From positions 10,912,001-10,976,000 of the forward strand of contig NC_043017.1 in the NCBI RefSeq assembly GCF_006345805.1: a stretch of 64,000 bases of DNA, read 5' to 3'. The position numbers were made by a program, and so were the translations under genes. A model generated the notes under the pieces. That model did not search any database and was not told where the DNA came from. It saw nothing but the letters and a program-made list of their open reading frames with translations. Within the stretch, counting starts at the first letter, position 1. Every line of letters starts with the position of its first letter. Of this stretch, positions 24,108-37,265 are shown piece after piece. The DNA comes from Octopus sinensis. Its lineage: Eukaryota.

Positions 24108-27100
24108 CCTCCTTCTTTCCTTCCTTCCTGAGCATCCAATAATACTATATTTGTTCCACGTCCTCGCGTTGTTGTGTTTTCATGTTTGGATTAACTATAT
24201 ATATATATATATTATTATTATATGTAGAAAAATACAAACTGGGACAAGAACGCAAAACACTTAGAAGACGATACAAAAAACACGGACGGGACATTCAAAG
24301 CCCTCAATCTTCAGTCAAGAACCGGATCATCTTCGCAATTTCGGCTGATTAATCTTGATATATACATGCACACGTGCACATACATATGCTTTAATGGTTG
24401 TTGTCAGATAGTGCCAATTGGTTTTGCAGAGATAAAGTACTTAGTGGCATAAGTACTTGTCAGATTTGATGGCCGGAGGAACACAACCTCTCTACAACTG
24501 GTGATAGGACAGAGTCTTGATATATATATGTGTGTGTATGTGTTACTTTATACTAGATTTTAACTGGAAGGGAAAAAACCTGCTGCAACATACACACAAA
24601 GCAAAACTAAAATTGTGAATGAAAAAAAATTTACCAAGATTTAAACACTAAATTAGGGGTGCGACTTCTACACAAATAAATACAGTATGTGTGTATGTAA
24701 AAGTAGATAGATATACTCACAATTTTCTCACAGTTACAATTTACTTAATTCATTCACAATGAATTGGTTCACCTTGGGTTAAACTCAAAGAAACTTGTTG
24801 AAGGTACCACACAGTGGGACTGAACCTGAAACCACATGGTTGCAAAGCACACTTCTCACCTAACCACACAGTCTCATGCCTGTGTCTAGACACTGTTGGA
24901 GTAAAGGTGACCCATCCCAGCCACATATGTAAAGCAGTGAGGATGTAGACCCAGTGTATGGGATGGAGTTGAAGGGCTGCGTAAGGGGTTAGGGTAGGGG
25001 GTGGGCGGGAGGGTGTTCGTTGTTTTCAAATATGTTTTTGGATCTGCAACGACCACCTCCTCAGAGAGGAAACCCATCCCTTGTGATACTGTGTTGGATA
25101 TGTGAAGAATTTGAAGGGCTAGTGCCCACCCCCCTCCATGAGATTTTGAGAGTTTCAGTGGGTCGATCGGTAGGATGATGCTAGTCTGTTACCAGCAGCA
25201 TGTGTAAGGAGTGTAACAGTGGATGGGGAGGTAAGTATTCTGTGAGTGTGTGTGTGTGCGTGCATGGTGGTGGTTGTTGTTCGTGTGTGGAGGATCTGTT
25301 GCCCCCCCCCGGTGAGGGGAATGGGGTGGGAGGGTGTATGTCTGTTTGTCATGCCTGGTAAAGTTTGTCATCATTCTGGCTAGACAAGTTTCCGCATGAT
25401 GACATTTATTTACAATAATCACACAATGTCAAGACAAAAGGGGCACAAACATGCACTCGCACATACAACTATACATTTATATGCATGCGCACACACAGAC
25501 ACACAGACAGACAGATTGATAGATACAGCTATGTATGTGTGTTTGTGTGTGTGTGTGTGTGTATATCTCTTTACTACCCACAAGGAACTAAACACAGTGG
25601 GGACAAACAAGGACAGACAAACAGATTAAGTCGATTACATCGACCCCAGTGCGTAACTGGTACTTAATTTACCGACCCCGAAAGGATGAAAGGCAAAGTC
25701 GACCTTGTCGGAATTTGAACTCAGAACCTAACTGCAGACGAAATACAGCTACGCATTTCGCCCGGCACGCTAACGGTTCTCCATATATATATATATATAT
25801 GATGGTGGGCTTCTTTCAGTTTCTGTCTTCCAAATCCGTTCACAAGGTTTTTTTATTAAATTAGTTATTATTTCTAGGAAATCAAACAACCGTAAAGAAG
25901 TCCCCTTGGTTGCCACTTTGTTACCTTTTTCATGGATGATTATCCTGCACCAGTTGTTGTTGTTGTTGGTGGTGGTGGTTGTGGCAGCAGTTAGGATGAT
26001 GGTAATGTTGGTGATGGTGGTGGTAGACAATATAGAGAGAAACTCAGTGTATCACTACATACAGCTACTAATTAAGGGTCAGGACTGTTAATAATGGAGT
26101 AGGGTTTGGGGTGATTTTATTTATTTTAAATTTTTCAGTCTGGAGAGAAGGCAGTACCTTTGACTCCTTAAAGGGTCCACTGAGGCCGGTAGGAGGTGGG
26201 ATCCTCAAACAGAAAACCTAGCTTGATTATTTCCAGCAGAATGGACCTTGCTAAATGCCCCCAGGGTGCCTTGCGGTGGGCTAAACTTGGGTAACGGATG
26301 AAATCTACCACCGAATAGGCCAAAGCATTAATACTACAAGGTATCCAGTCCAATATGTTTAGTGTTGTGCTAACCCACCATCTTGGATTAGTTACTGTTT
26401 CATTGATACCAAGGGGATGAAAGGTGAGGTTGACCTCAGCAGAATTTGAACTCTGGACTCTGCCGGTGGCACTTAAAAAGCACCCACTACACTCACGGAG
26501 TGGTTGGCGTTAGGAAGGGCATCCAGCCGTAGAAACACTGCCAGATCAGACTGGGCCTGGTGCAGCCTTCTGGCTTCCCAGACCCCAGTTGAACTGTCCA
26601 ACCCATGCTAGCATGATGATGATGAGGATGATGATGAATATAAAAGAACTGGAATTAATACCTTGCCTTCGTTCCCAACAGACCATCAGTAACCGATCTG
26701 CAGCAGATCATTCTGAGCATGCACTGGACCGATTGTCCACAGTCGGACTCACTGCGACCCGTCCTCTTCTCTCATGTGATGTCCTTGGTCATCGTTGACA
26801 ACAATTGGCTAACCAATGAATGAATGAAAAACATCTTTACCATTCTGGCAATGGATCGCCTTGTTTTGGTGTTTTTTGAGCTGGAAAGAATGTCAGGCAA
26901 AATTGACCTTGGGGGTCAATTTTTGAAATCAGAGCAGAGAAAGCTGGAACAAATACAACATGGCATTCAATTTGACTCTGTAACACACCTCTTCCAGTCT
27001 GTGGTCTTTGATGAGAAACTCTGGAATCCCTTCGTTATATCTACCTGTACAGACCACCTGTAACATAACTACAGATGTGTGCCCTCACCCTGACTTTATT

Positions 27101-27287
27101 TTTAACTTTCTGAAAAATGCATGTTTTTTAATGAAGTTTGTCAGTGATACCTTTTAGATGTTGCTTAGGGTTATATTGTAATTTGTTGAGAAAAGTTTTG
27201 GAAAATTCACACACTTCAATCCATTTATTTTTCTCCTATCTGCGTAAAAAAATAAGATTGTTTGGATGACTCCCAGGCACCTATTGA

Positions 27288-27666
27288 TAATAATAATAAT
27301 GAAATTATTGTATACAGTGCTCAGGTGCACCACAACTTGTCAGAAAGTGCGTATAAAGTGTATGCAGTAATGTACAAATGTCTGGAAAGCGAACAATGTA
27401 TGAGTCAGATACATGCTTGTGTGTGTATGGAGGGGAGGAAATCAGGTGTAGTGTTGGCAAATCTCAGGAAGCATGGAAGTTTTGAAGGATGCAGTGCTCC
27501 GACAACTAACAACCGATGCTGGCAGTTTGTTCCATGCTTCAGCAACTCTCAGCGTGAAAAAATGTTTCCTAAAGTCATGGGAGCTGTGCTGTTTTCTGAC
27601 TTTGTAAATATGTCCATGGGTGTTAGACGGGTGGAGTTTGAAAAGGTGCTCAGAGTTATTGTTTGT
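27288..27666 (-). mobile_element. CR1/L2-clade LINE 3' end
   Basis: Minus strand NNNSEHLFKLHPSNTHGHIYKVRKQHSSHDFRKHFFTLRVAEAWNKLPASVV is a CR1-type C-terminus, followed by an (ATT)n tail. Confidence 0.85.
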
Positions 27667-29056
27667 GCTGCTCTGAAGGTTCTTTGGTCAGCCATCCAAT
27701 CCCTAAAGATACTGGGAAGAAAGAGACAGGGGAGGTGGCTCAATCCCCTCCCTGCTGTAGTTAATTTTGTGATGATGATTTCTGTGCTGGTGGTTGTGAT
27801 GTTGGTAGTAAGATAAATGGTAACAACAGGTGCAGGCATGGTTGTGTGGCAAGAAGTTTGCTTCCCAACCACACGCTTCTGGGTTCAGTCCCCCTGCGTG
27901 GTACCTTGGACAAGTGTCTTCTGCTGTAGCCATGGGCCAACCAAAGCTTTGTGAGTGGATTTGGTAGACAGAAAACGAAAGAAGCTTGTGTGTGTGTGTG
28001 CCTGTGTTTGTCCCCACCACCACTTGGTCACTGGTGTTGGTTTGTTTACGTCCTTGTAACTTACTGCTTTGGCAAAAGAGACCGACAGATTAAGATAGTA
28101 TAGGGCTTTAAAAACGAAAAGAGAAACACTGGAGCTGATTCATTAAGCCTTTTGATGTAAAATATGAATTTTTTTTAGAGAGACATCAGAAGTTGTGGCT
28201 TTGTTGCTTTGCCCAGAAGGAGTCTTTGTAATGATACCGAGGGTGTCATTTTGGCATGACCTTGTCTCACATCAACCCTTGTGTCATGTCATCACCATGG
28301 TGACTGCTTGCCTGCCGACCTGCCTGTCTGCGTTGCTGTGCAGTGACATTCCTCTTACAACCAAGTGCTTTCTTCTTTTGAGTCATCATAAAACATGACA
28401 GCTTTGGAAAAACGAATGCGGTCTGTGGTAGGGTAGAGTGTGTGTACATACATGTATATATCTGTGTAGTGTGTATGTGTGTTTATCTGTGTGTGTGTGT
28501 GTATTATCTCTGTATTCCTCTGTATGTATAGTATCTCTGTGTGTTTTGTATGTGTATATGTATATCTATATATAGTTTGTGTATGTATTTGTAGTGTGTG
28601 TGTATATATAGTTTGTGTATGTATTTGTAGTGTGTGTGTATATATAGTTTGTGTATGTATTTGTAGTGTGTGTGCATATCTAGTGTGTGTATGTATGTGT
28701 GTGTTTGTGTGTGCATATCTGCAATGTATATCTGTTGCATGTGTGTGTGTATCTCTAGTGTGTATGTATCTGTGTGTGGGTAGTATCTGGGGCAGGGGTA
28801 GGTGTTACAAATAGCGCTGATCTTGTGTGTATGTGTGGCAGGTGGCAGGGAGGTGTGTGTGTGTGTGTGTGTGCTCCTTATATCTTTGCAGTTGTTGAAC
28901 TGAATGTGTGTGTGGGGGGGAAGGGGTTAGTTATGATCTTGTGTGTGTGCTCTCCTTATCCCCTTATGCTTGTTGAATGTGTGTATGTGTATAGTATGTT
29001 TGTACATGCACATGAGCAAGCAAGCGTTTTTGACTAACATTTAATGAATAATCAAG

Positions 29057-29962
29057 TACCTGGTTGAGCTAAAATGTTCATAGGCTGACCAAGAGATTCT
29101 CATGGAACCTGACCAAATGAGGTTTATTTCTCAACATAGCCCCCCCCCTCCACACTTTGTGGTCCAGCATTTCTTCCGTCAGTGCTTGGACCCCATTGCT
29201 GAAGATGCTCTTTCATCCTGTCGGTCAAACTTTTGCACTGTTGATAAAGCTGGAGCCATCATCCCCTAATACAGCAACCACGTTGGTATAAATGTCCAGA
29301 AGGTGGCGAGCTGGCAGAATCATTAGCACGCCGGGCGAGATGCTTAGCGGTATTTCGCCTGCCGCTACGTTCCGTGTTCAAATTCCGCCGAGGTCGACTT
29401 TGCCTTTCATCCTTTCAGGGTCGATAAATTAAGTACCAGTTACGCACTGGGGTCGATGTAATCGACTTAATACCTATGTCTGTCCTTGTTTGTCCCCTCT
29501 GTGTTTAGCCCCTTGCGGGTAATAAAGAAATAGGTATTTCACCTGCCGCTACGTTCTGAGTTCAAATTCCGCCGAGGTCGACTTTGCCTTTCATCCTTTC
29601 GGGGTCGATAAATTAAGTACCAGTTACGCACTGGGGTCGATATAATCAACTTAATCCGTTTGTCTGTCCTCGTTTGTCCTCTCTGTGTTTAGCCCCTTGT
29701 GGGTAGTAAAGAAATAGGTATAAATGTCCGGGGGTGGGGAGTAAACCCTTTTTCTAGAAGTACTCAATAACACCACGATGCCAGATTTTGTCCATTTTCA
29801 AGAGCAGTTTTTCTAGTCTTCTTTGAAGAGTCAGATGTCAGTCTACCTGGAAAGAAACAAGGCAGTTCTTAATGAGAAGAGTTTGAAATTAATGCATCCA
29901 AGATTTCACAGCTCTAGCATCACTCCTTCATAATCAGCTCATGAACTTTTCAACCCACCTTC
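29057..29962. mobile_element. Possible decayed mariner-like element carrying a SINE dimer insertion
   Basis: Ends resemble each other (gctaaaatgttcataggctga versus the reverse complement gttgaaaagttcatgagctga), plus a mariner-like ttatttctcaacatag motif. No ORF recovered. Confidence 0.4.
29298..29716 (+). mobile_element. SINE family B partial tandem dimer
   Basis: TSD ggtataaatgtcc at 29285-29297 and 29717-29729. Confidence 0.9.
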
Positions 29963-30065
29963 AACACACACACAACCATTTTTCATCCATTTTTCCATTT
30001 TAGTGTGAGTTGGATAGGTTTCCTGACACTTGTTTGTGTAAACCTTTGTGTGTGGATTATATATG

Positions 30066-30098
<33 letters not shown>

Positions 30099-30150
30099 CT
30101 GTTGTATAACATGTAATCACATTTTTGGGTTATGTGTGTGTGTGTGTGTG

Positions 30151-30183
<33 letters not shown>

Positions 30184-30551
30184 CATGCACTCACCTGTTG
30201 TATTACATGTAATCACATTTTTTGGTTATGTGTGTGTGTGTACATATATATACACACACACACACATGCGCACACCTGTTATATAACCCTAATCACACTA
30301 TATGTGTGTGTGTGTGTGTACATAGGTGTGCATTCACTGAATCCTTGAAAGAGCCGAGATAAGGTCGTTCCTGATAACAAGCTCAAATGCAACAGGTGTT
30401 GTTGATGATAATGATAATGATGCTGCTGGTGTTTTCATATCTTTCTTGGCTTTTTGCCTAACTCGAGATTTACTGCACCGTTGCTAATATTCAGGTACCA
30501 CAATATAAGAAGATAATGACATGTTTGTGTATATTAAAATGTGTTTGTATG

Positions 30552-30593
<42 letters not shown>

Positions 30594-31024
30594 TTGAGAG
30601 CTTAATATGGTTGTGTACATTACACACACACACATCTCATGAGATAGTGATATTTTGAAGGCGGTGCCCCAGCATGGCAGCGTCTAGTGAATGAAACAAG
30701 TAAAAGATAGAAAGTATATAGTTATGTTATTTTGTGGTCCCTTGTTGGATCCTTAATGGTCCTCTGGTGGATCCTGTTGAACCTTCCAATCCCTATCGGT
30801 ATGGAAAGTGGATGCAAAACAACGATGATACACGTATGTATATGTGTAACACGTTAACACTTTGTTTGTGTTTGTTGTGTTATTGTGAGATCAAGTCTGA
30901 AGAAGTTACAAAGGAATTTAAGGGTTAGTTTGCTGGATCCCTGATCCCCTTCCTGTTTTCCTCTTTATATATTTTCTTCAGAAAACATTGATGCCAAATT
31001 CTGAGGATACACCACCACTTTAAT

Positions 31025-31393
31025 CTTTTACTTGTTTCAGTCATTTGACTGTGCCATGCTGGAGCACCGCCTTTAATCGAGCAACTCGACCCCGGGACTT
31101 ATTCTTTTGTAAGCCCAGTACTTATTCTATTGGTCTCTTTTGCCGAACCACTAATTAACGGGGACATAAACACACCAGTTGTCAAGCAATGCTAGGGGGA
31201 CAAACACACACATGCATATATATACATATATATGATGGGCTTCTTTCAGTTTCCGTCTACCAAATCCACTCACAAGGCTTTGGTCGGCCCGAGGCTATAG
31301 TAGAAGACACTTGCCCAAGGTTCCACGCAGTGGGACTGAACCCGGAACCATGTGGTTGATAAACAAGCTACTTACCACACAGCCACTCCTGCG
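31025..31393 (-). mobile_element. SINE family A
   Basis: Family match. Confidence 0.9.
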
Positions 31394-31939
31394 CTGTGAA
31401 AAATTAAAAGGAAATATAAAAGGAGAAAGGGGCTCTCTACCCCCCTTTTGACCAGGCTCCCGTGGCTTTTATGGGTTTTTCCATGAGTAACCTTTCGAAG
31501 CGCCTCCCCCTGTTGGGAGTTTTAATTGTTACTTATTTTTCGTTGTTATCCTGCTTTTGTACACGGTCCCTTTCCAAACGGACAAAACCCCTTTGTAACT
31601 TTCGTCCTGTGTTTTTGTCCCTTTATGTTTTAATTGATTTTTGTTAGCCCTTGTGGGCAATAAACGAATTAATTATTATTCCTTCACTGTCATCTCCCCT
31701 CTCTTTCACCCATCATGGTTCATGTTTGCCATTTGCCCTCTGGGCAGTCGACGTAGTAAAAAAGAACAGGAGCAATGGTCACATGTTATGGAGACGGGGT
31801 CATGTTTGCTCAGTGTGTCCCTAATCTCGATTCTGCATTCTTCCAAAAATATTGATGTCTTTCCATTATTTGTTCCTTCATTCTCATCTCCACAATTCAA
31901 CCATTTCTTCATCTTTTGTTTTCTGTTCTCTTTCCCCAG

Positions 31940-32003
31940 TTACACTTGTACTGTAGTGGGCGGTGTCGCCCAAATGATACCAATGGGGAAAAATACATCA
32001 GAA
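31940..32003 (+). CDS. CNKSR: CNK-family gene exon (S-YTCTVVGGVAQMIPMGKNTSE), phase 2-0
   Basis: Very strong pyrimidine tract ttttgttttctgttctctttccccag, donor GAA|gtgagt. It supplies exactly the phase 2-to-0 bridge needed between 14434 and 40789. Confidence 0.8.
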
Positions 32004-32253
32004 GTGAGTATTGACCCTTTTTTTTTTTTTACTTTTCTTTCCCCTTTTTTGTATTATTATTATTATTGTTTTTTTTATTGCATGATGTTTTTTTTAAACC
32101 CTTTTGTTATTATTGTTCTGTTGAAATACACAGCTTTTGTATATAATTTTTAAAAATTACAAAGAAATTAGTAAAATAATTTGGTTATGACAAAGCTGGT
32201 GTTTGGAATATAAATGAAATGTTGATGAAATGTTTTAGCTTTGATCACTTTAA

Positions 32254-32473
32254 CCCTTTAGCATTCAAACCGGCCATATCTGGCCAAAATATTTAACCTA
32301 TTTTATATTGAAACTGACCAGATCTCACCCCTCACCTCAGCCCTACAATGTCATTCTAAAGCTAAAAAATCACATCACTGAAATCTCTAAACTACAAGAT
32401 AATGCATGATTAATTCAAACCATTTTAAATAAACAAACATCACATTTGACAGAATAATCTGAACACAAAAGGG
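32254..32473. mobile_element. piggyBac-type MITE
   Basis: TTAA-CCCTTT...AAAGGG-TTAA. Confidence 0.85.
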
Positions 32474-32879
32474 TTAAAACGGGAAGTCTGTGTCATATTT
32501 TGAAAATAAAGAATTTAGTAAAATAATTTGGTCATTATTAAGTTGGTGTTTTGGAGGAATTTTGATGGAAGGTTTTTAATTCAGGTCACCTTAGAACAGG
32601 AAGTTTGAATTATAGAACCAGGAGTGGTCTCACGTAAAATGGTAGCAAAAGGATTCATTTGACTCCTTTGTTAATATTTTTCTGTTGAAAACTCTCTGTC
32701 CTTTATTTAATTAATTTTGAAAAATAAATAAATAACGATGCAGTAAAAGATTGTCGCCATTATTGAGCTGATGTTTAAAACTTCAATTAACCTGTAGCAA
32801 AAAAGGTTTAAATTAAGATCACTTTAAAGCAAGGAATTTGTATCAGAGAACCAAGGGCAGTTGGTGTTAGAAGGATTAA

Positions 32880-33100
32880 CCCTTTAGTGTTTGCATTATT
32901 CTGCCAAAATTAATCCTTTTTTATCCACATTGCCTTGAACTAATCAGGCATTATCTTGGTGCTATGAGATTTTCATGAGGTAGCTGTTAATTTTTAAAAC
33001 GATATTGTAGGGTTGGTGTGAGAGACCAAATCTGGCCAGTCTGGACATAAAACAGGTAGAATACTTTTGGCCGGATATGGACGGTTTAAATGCTAAAGGG
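32880..33100. mobile_element. piggyBac-type MITE, inverted relative to 32254-32473
   Basis: TTAA-CCCTTTAG...CTAAAGGG-TTAA. Its right end matches the reverse complement of the first copy's left end. Confidence 0.85.
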
Positions 33101-36100
33101 TTAATTTAAGCTGGTCTAATCCAGTAGATATTTTTGCTAAGTGTATCTAGGACTACATTATTTGAAGTTTTCTTCAGTAGAACATGTGGTTCACCAGCTA
33201 TAATGCAAATAGTGCAACAGGTAGTAACTTGTTGCACATTGTAGCAGGTGTGATGCAGCAGTCATGCATTGTAGTTCCACAGGTGCATCAGACTGCAGAT
33301 ATGTCGTTCAACATTCATAGTGCAGTGGGCAATAACAGGTGCATCACTGAGTATGTGCACAATACCACTATTATACATGGCAGTGCATCAGGCCTTTAGT
33401 TCAGCAACCATGTGTATTACAAGCGCAATAAGCTGCATTAGATGCTGCAGTATATAACGTGATGGAAATATCGATAACGCTTGCACATTGACAATGCAGA
33501 TAGTGCAGTATCAGGGCATCTGCACAATGTGTCTAATTAACGAGAAAGAACGGATGGAACGTCTAAAAATAGTTTTGGCATTCTGTAAAAGATTCTCTTC
33601 TGATATTGGAATTCTCAGTTGAGGCTTGGCTTTGTGGTTTAGTTTTTTTTTTTGTGTAACTGTGTGCTTTTGGGTTCAATCCCTCTACACTGCACCTTGG
33701 GCAAGTGTCTTCATCTATAGCCCCAGATCACTTTGTGAGTAAATTTGGTAGATGGAAACTGTGTTGAATCCCATCTTGTGTGTGTATCTTTGTATCTATA
33801 TTTGTCACTCCTCCTTCCCACCACTTGACAACTGGTGTTGGTTTGTTTACATCCCCATGGCTTAATGGTTTGGCAAAACCATTCTGTGGTTGCCTTTGCA
33901 TTTTATTTCTCAACTGTCTGATGTTTTGCCTAAAATTAGTCCTGATCCAAGAGACCTATAATCATAAGGCAATCCATCCATGACCACCTCATACTTTTAT
34001 ATATGGAGGGTCACTACATTGTTTAGCGCACATCCTTTTTTCACTTTTTTGAGATGGTAGGTGTATCATAAGAAAGATTTGGTTGCTATTTTTTGCAGGG
34101 TGGATGACCATGTGAAAAAAAAAGGCCAGTTACCATGATGATTGGAATGATGTTATGAGAGATTCTGATTTCAAATCATATTTGACTGGGTTTTTTTTTT
34201 CATCCGACTCTAGAGAGTACCATCATAAGGAGCACACAATAGGGGCCCTCCCACGCCTCTAGGGATCCCGTTAATGATGTATGTTATTATGTTGTGATTG
34301 CACATGTAGGGGCGCAGTATATTGCATTTTCCTGCAGAATTATAATGCCATTAAGATGGTCCTTTTTCCTCTCCCAAGCTGTCAGTTGGCTCATATACCA
34401 AATCCACTCAACCTCTAAGGTGTCCAGTAATAAGGGCTTGGGTCACCCAAAGCCGTTGATCCAGCCAGCCAAGGCTGTGGTAGAAAATGCTTGCTCCAAT
34501 GCTCCTCCACTGCAGGATTGAACCTGCAGCAATGTGGTTCCCAAGTGAACTCCTTAACCACACAGTTTTGCATGTTGTGGCCAGCAGAGAAATGAGACAG
34601 CCATTAATTCATCATCTGAAGTGGTGCACAGGGTTAGGTGAGGTCCTTAAAGACCGGATGTATTTGTCAGCTTTCAATTTCGTGTTATTGGTCTCAGAGT
34701 TGACATATTTGCTCTTTTCCTTGGGGTGGGGGGTTCCTTTTTTTTTTTTTTTATAGAATATTTTGTGGTCAGTCTGAAAGCTTAGCCTCACCAAGTTCCA
34801 CTCGACTCTCAAGTGGCTAGAATTTCCTGAAAATATACAGACTGGCCTTTGTTTCTTGCGCAATTTTGCCAGTCGTGAGAGAGAGAAGGGTTGGGGTGGC
34901 AGGGAATGTGTGGTGGTGGTGGTGGGGTTTCGAAAGTTGTGCATCAAAAAGGGTTTGCATCGTTAGTGGTTAGTGGCTGTGAGTGGTCAGCCATCATCCG
35001 CATATGTACTTGACCAGTTTCATATGAAGGACACTGACTCAAATTTCATGTAGGTCTCTAGAAGTGATGATGATGATGTGGCTGGATGCCTTGACAGATT
35101 AAGGCATTACTGCTACCACTACTACAACTACTGCTGTCACTATCAACCTCTACCATTGCCCTTACCATCACCAATATCTCTATCATCTTCATGGTGGTAG
35201 TGGTGGTGGTGGTGGTGGTGGCGGCGGTGGTGGTGGCGGTTGTGGTGGTGGTGCAGTAATGATAGTCAGTGATGGATGTGGTAATGATGATGGTAATGCT
35301 GCTGCTTCTGGTGGTATTACCAATTTTGGAATGGTGGTGGTGATGGTTGTAGTAATATTAGCTTTTGAGGTAGTGGTGGCAGCAGTGCTGCTGATGGTTT
35401 TAGCAATGTGGTGGTGGTATTAGTAGTAGTAGTAGTATTGTAGTGATGGTATTAGCAGGGCTGTAGTGATGGTGGTGGTAGAAGTAGTAGTAGTATCATG
35501 ATGGTAGTAGTAGTGTTGTTGCTGCTGTTGTTAGCATTGTTGTTGTTGTTGCTGTGGTGGTGGTAATAACACGTAATTCATCATCATCATCATATAATGT
35601 CCATTTCCATGCTGGAATTGGTCAAACAGTTTGAAAGGAGCTGGTCAGTCAGAGACTGCCAGGCTCCAATTCTGTTGTGGCATGGTTTCTACATCTCAGT
35701 CATTGTGGTCCCCTACTTTCTAAACTCACCCTTGCTAATCATGTCACACCGAACATATCACTAAACCTGTGAAAAATAATAGCCATCTTTCCCTCAAATC
35801 ATACCCTATCAGCTTAAAATTGCCAGCCTTAAAACCTTTACAAAGACGGGATGGTCAGGGCTGGAATGCCTTTGATCATAGGTCTACTTAATAAAGGTTG
35901 ACATGGGGTTAAACAACAACCTACTCCAAGAGTGGGGCACCCACACACCCCTACTGCAGGACCACCACCACCACTGCAGTACTATTGTCACTGCCACAAC
36001 GTAAACACCTCAGTCACATGTCATGCACAGTACCACCTCCACCACCACCACCATCATCAACACAGTGCCATCACCTCCACCCCCACTATAGTCACATGTC

Positions 36101-37265
36101 ACCACCACCACTCATCTTCGCAGTCACATGTCATCCCTTTAGGCTGTGTTGTTTATTTTTGTTTACTGTCTATTGTGTTTGGATGGGATTAGTGGTTGGA
36201 TAATCTTAATCTGTTAGTTTGTGGTTAGTAGTGATGGTGGTAGAGGTTGTGTGTGTGTGTGTTCTGCGAGGGTGTTTTCTATTCAAACTGACCAGGTCTG
36301 GCCTCTCACAACTGCCCTGCAAGGTCATTCTCAAAATTATCATCAAAGTTATGAGATAATTCACGACTCATTCACAATGTCGATAAACCTTGCATCTCAC
36401 CGAGTGATCTTCTGATTGCTAAAGGATTAAAGGCAGATATGCAGCAAGATGGCAAAATTGTTAATCCAGCAGACACAAAAGGCTGAGCAGTATTTCTTGC
36501 CGCCCTTTACATTTGAGTTCAAATTCTGCTAAGGCTGACTTTGCCTTTCATCCTTTTCCTTCTTCAGGGTTGATAATAAGTACGAGTTGAGCAGTGGAGT
36601 TGATGTAATTGCCTAACCCTCTCATCTAAGATTGCTGGCCTTGTGCCAAAACTAGAAAGAATTTTTTATAGACAGGTATTTGTTGAAGGATATTTCTCTA
36701 GATGGAGTGCATGTCCCCACTGGCAGGGCACAGCAATATTTTAGAGGGCTAGGGTTATTTGAAAATGGGGCATAAATAACAAATGAATGTCTCTCCTCTT
36801 CAGCAAGAAACTTATCCCAGCCTCTTCCCTCATAATCTAATCTTTCATAATATTGCATAAAGGTGCTTCCCTGTCTAAGTATAGCCTCATTCTTTTAAAC
36901 GGTGTCTTAGTCTTGTATGCTATACTGTGACTTCACTTGTGCTGGTGCCATGAAAAAAAGCAGTCTGTAAAGTGGTTAGTGTTAGAAAGTGTAAGCAACC
37001 ACGGGAGCCACGCCAAAGCAGACACTGGCACTTGATGCAGTCCTTTGACCTGTTGGATTCTGACAAACTATCCAACCCATGCCAAGATGGAAGACTGACA
37101 TTAGGAGGTGATGACAAAGAAGATGGGAGGTTGGGGTTCGGTTTGAACAAAATGGTTGAGAAGCACTGCTTTACATTGATTTCTAGTCCCTGTGGCAGAA
37201 GCATGGGTTTTGGTCATCCTGTGCAGTGGCCAAAGTGACTACCACCTCTTTTCCTGAAACATAGT

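Noticed and set aside
26680-26790. Good acceptor (ttcgttcccaacag) followed by open frames
   Set aside because: No convincing donor, and it is not needed for the phase-consistent model.
27640-27666. Apparent identical 5' truncation point of the two CR1 copies
   Set aside because: The 54330 copy continues upstream (YKIINHL with a 1-nt deletion), so the boundaries differ.
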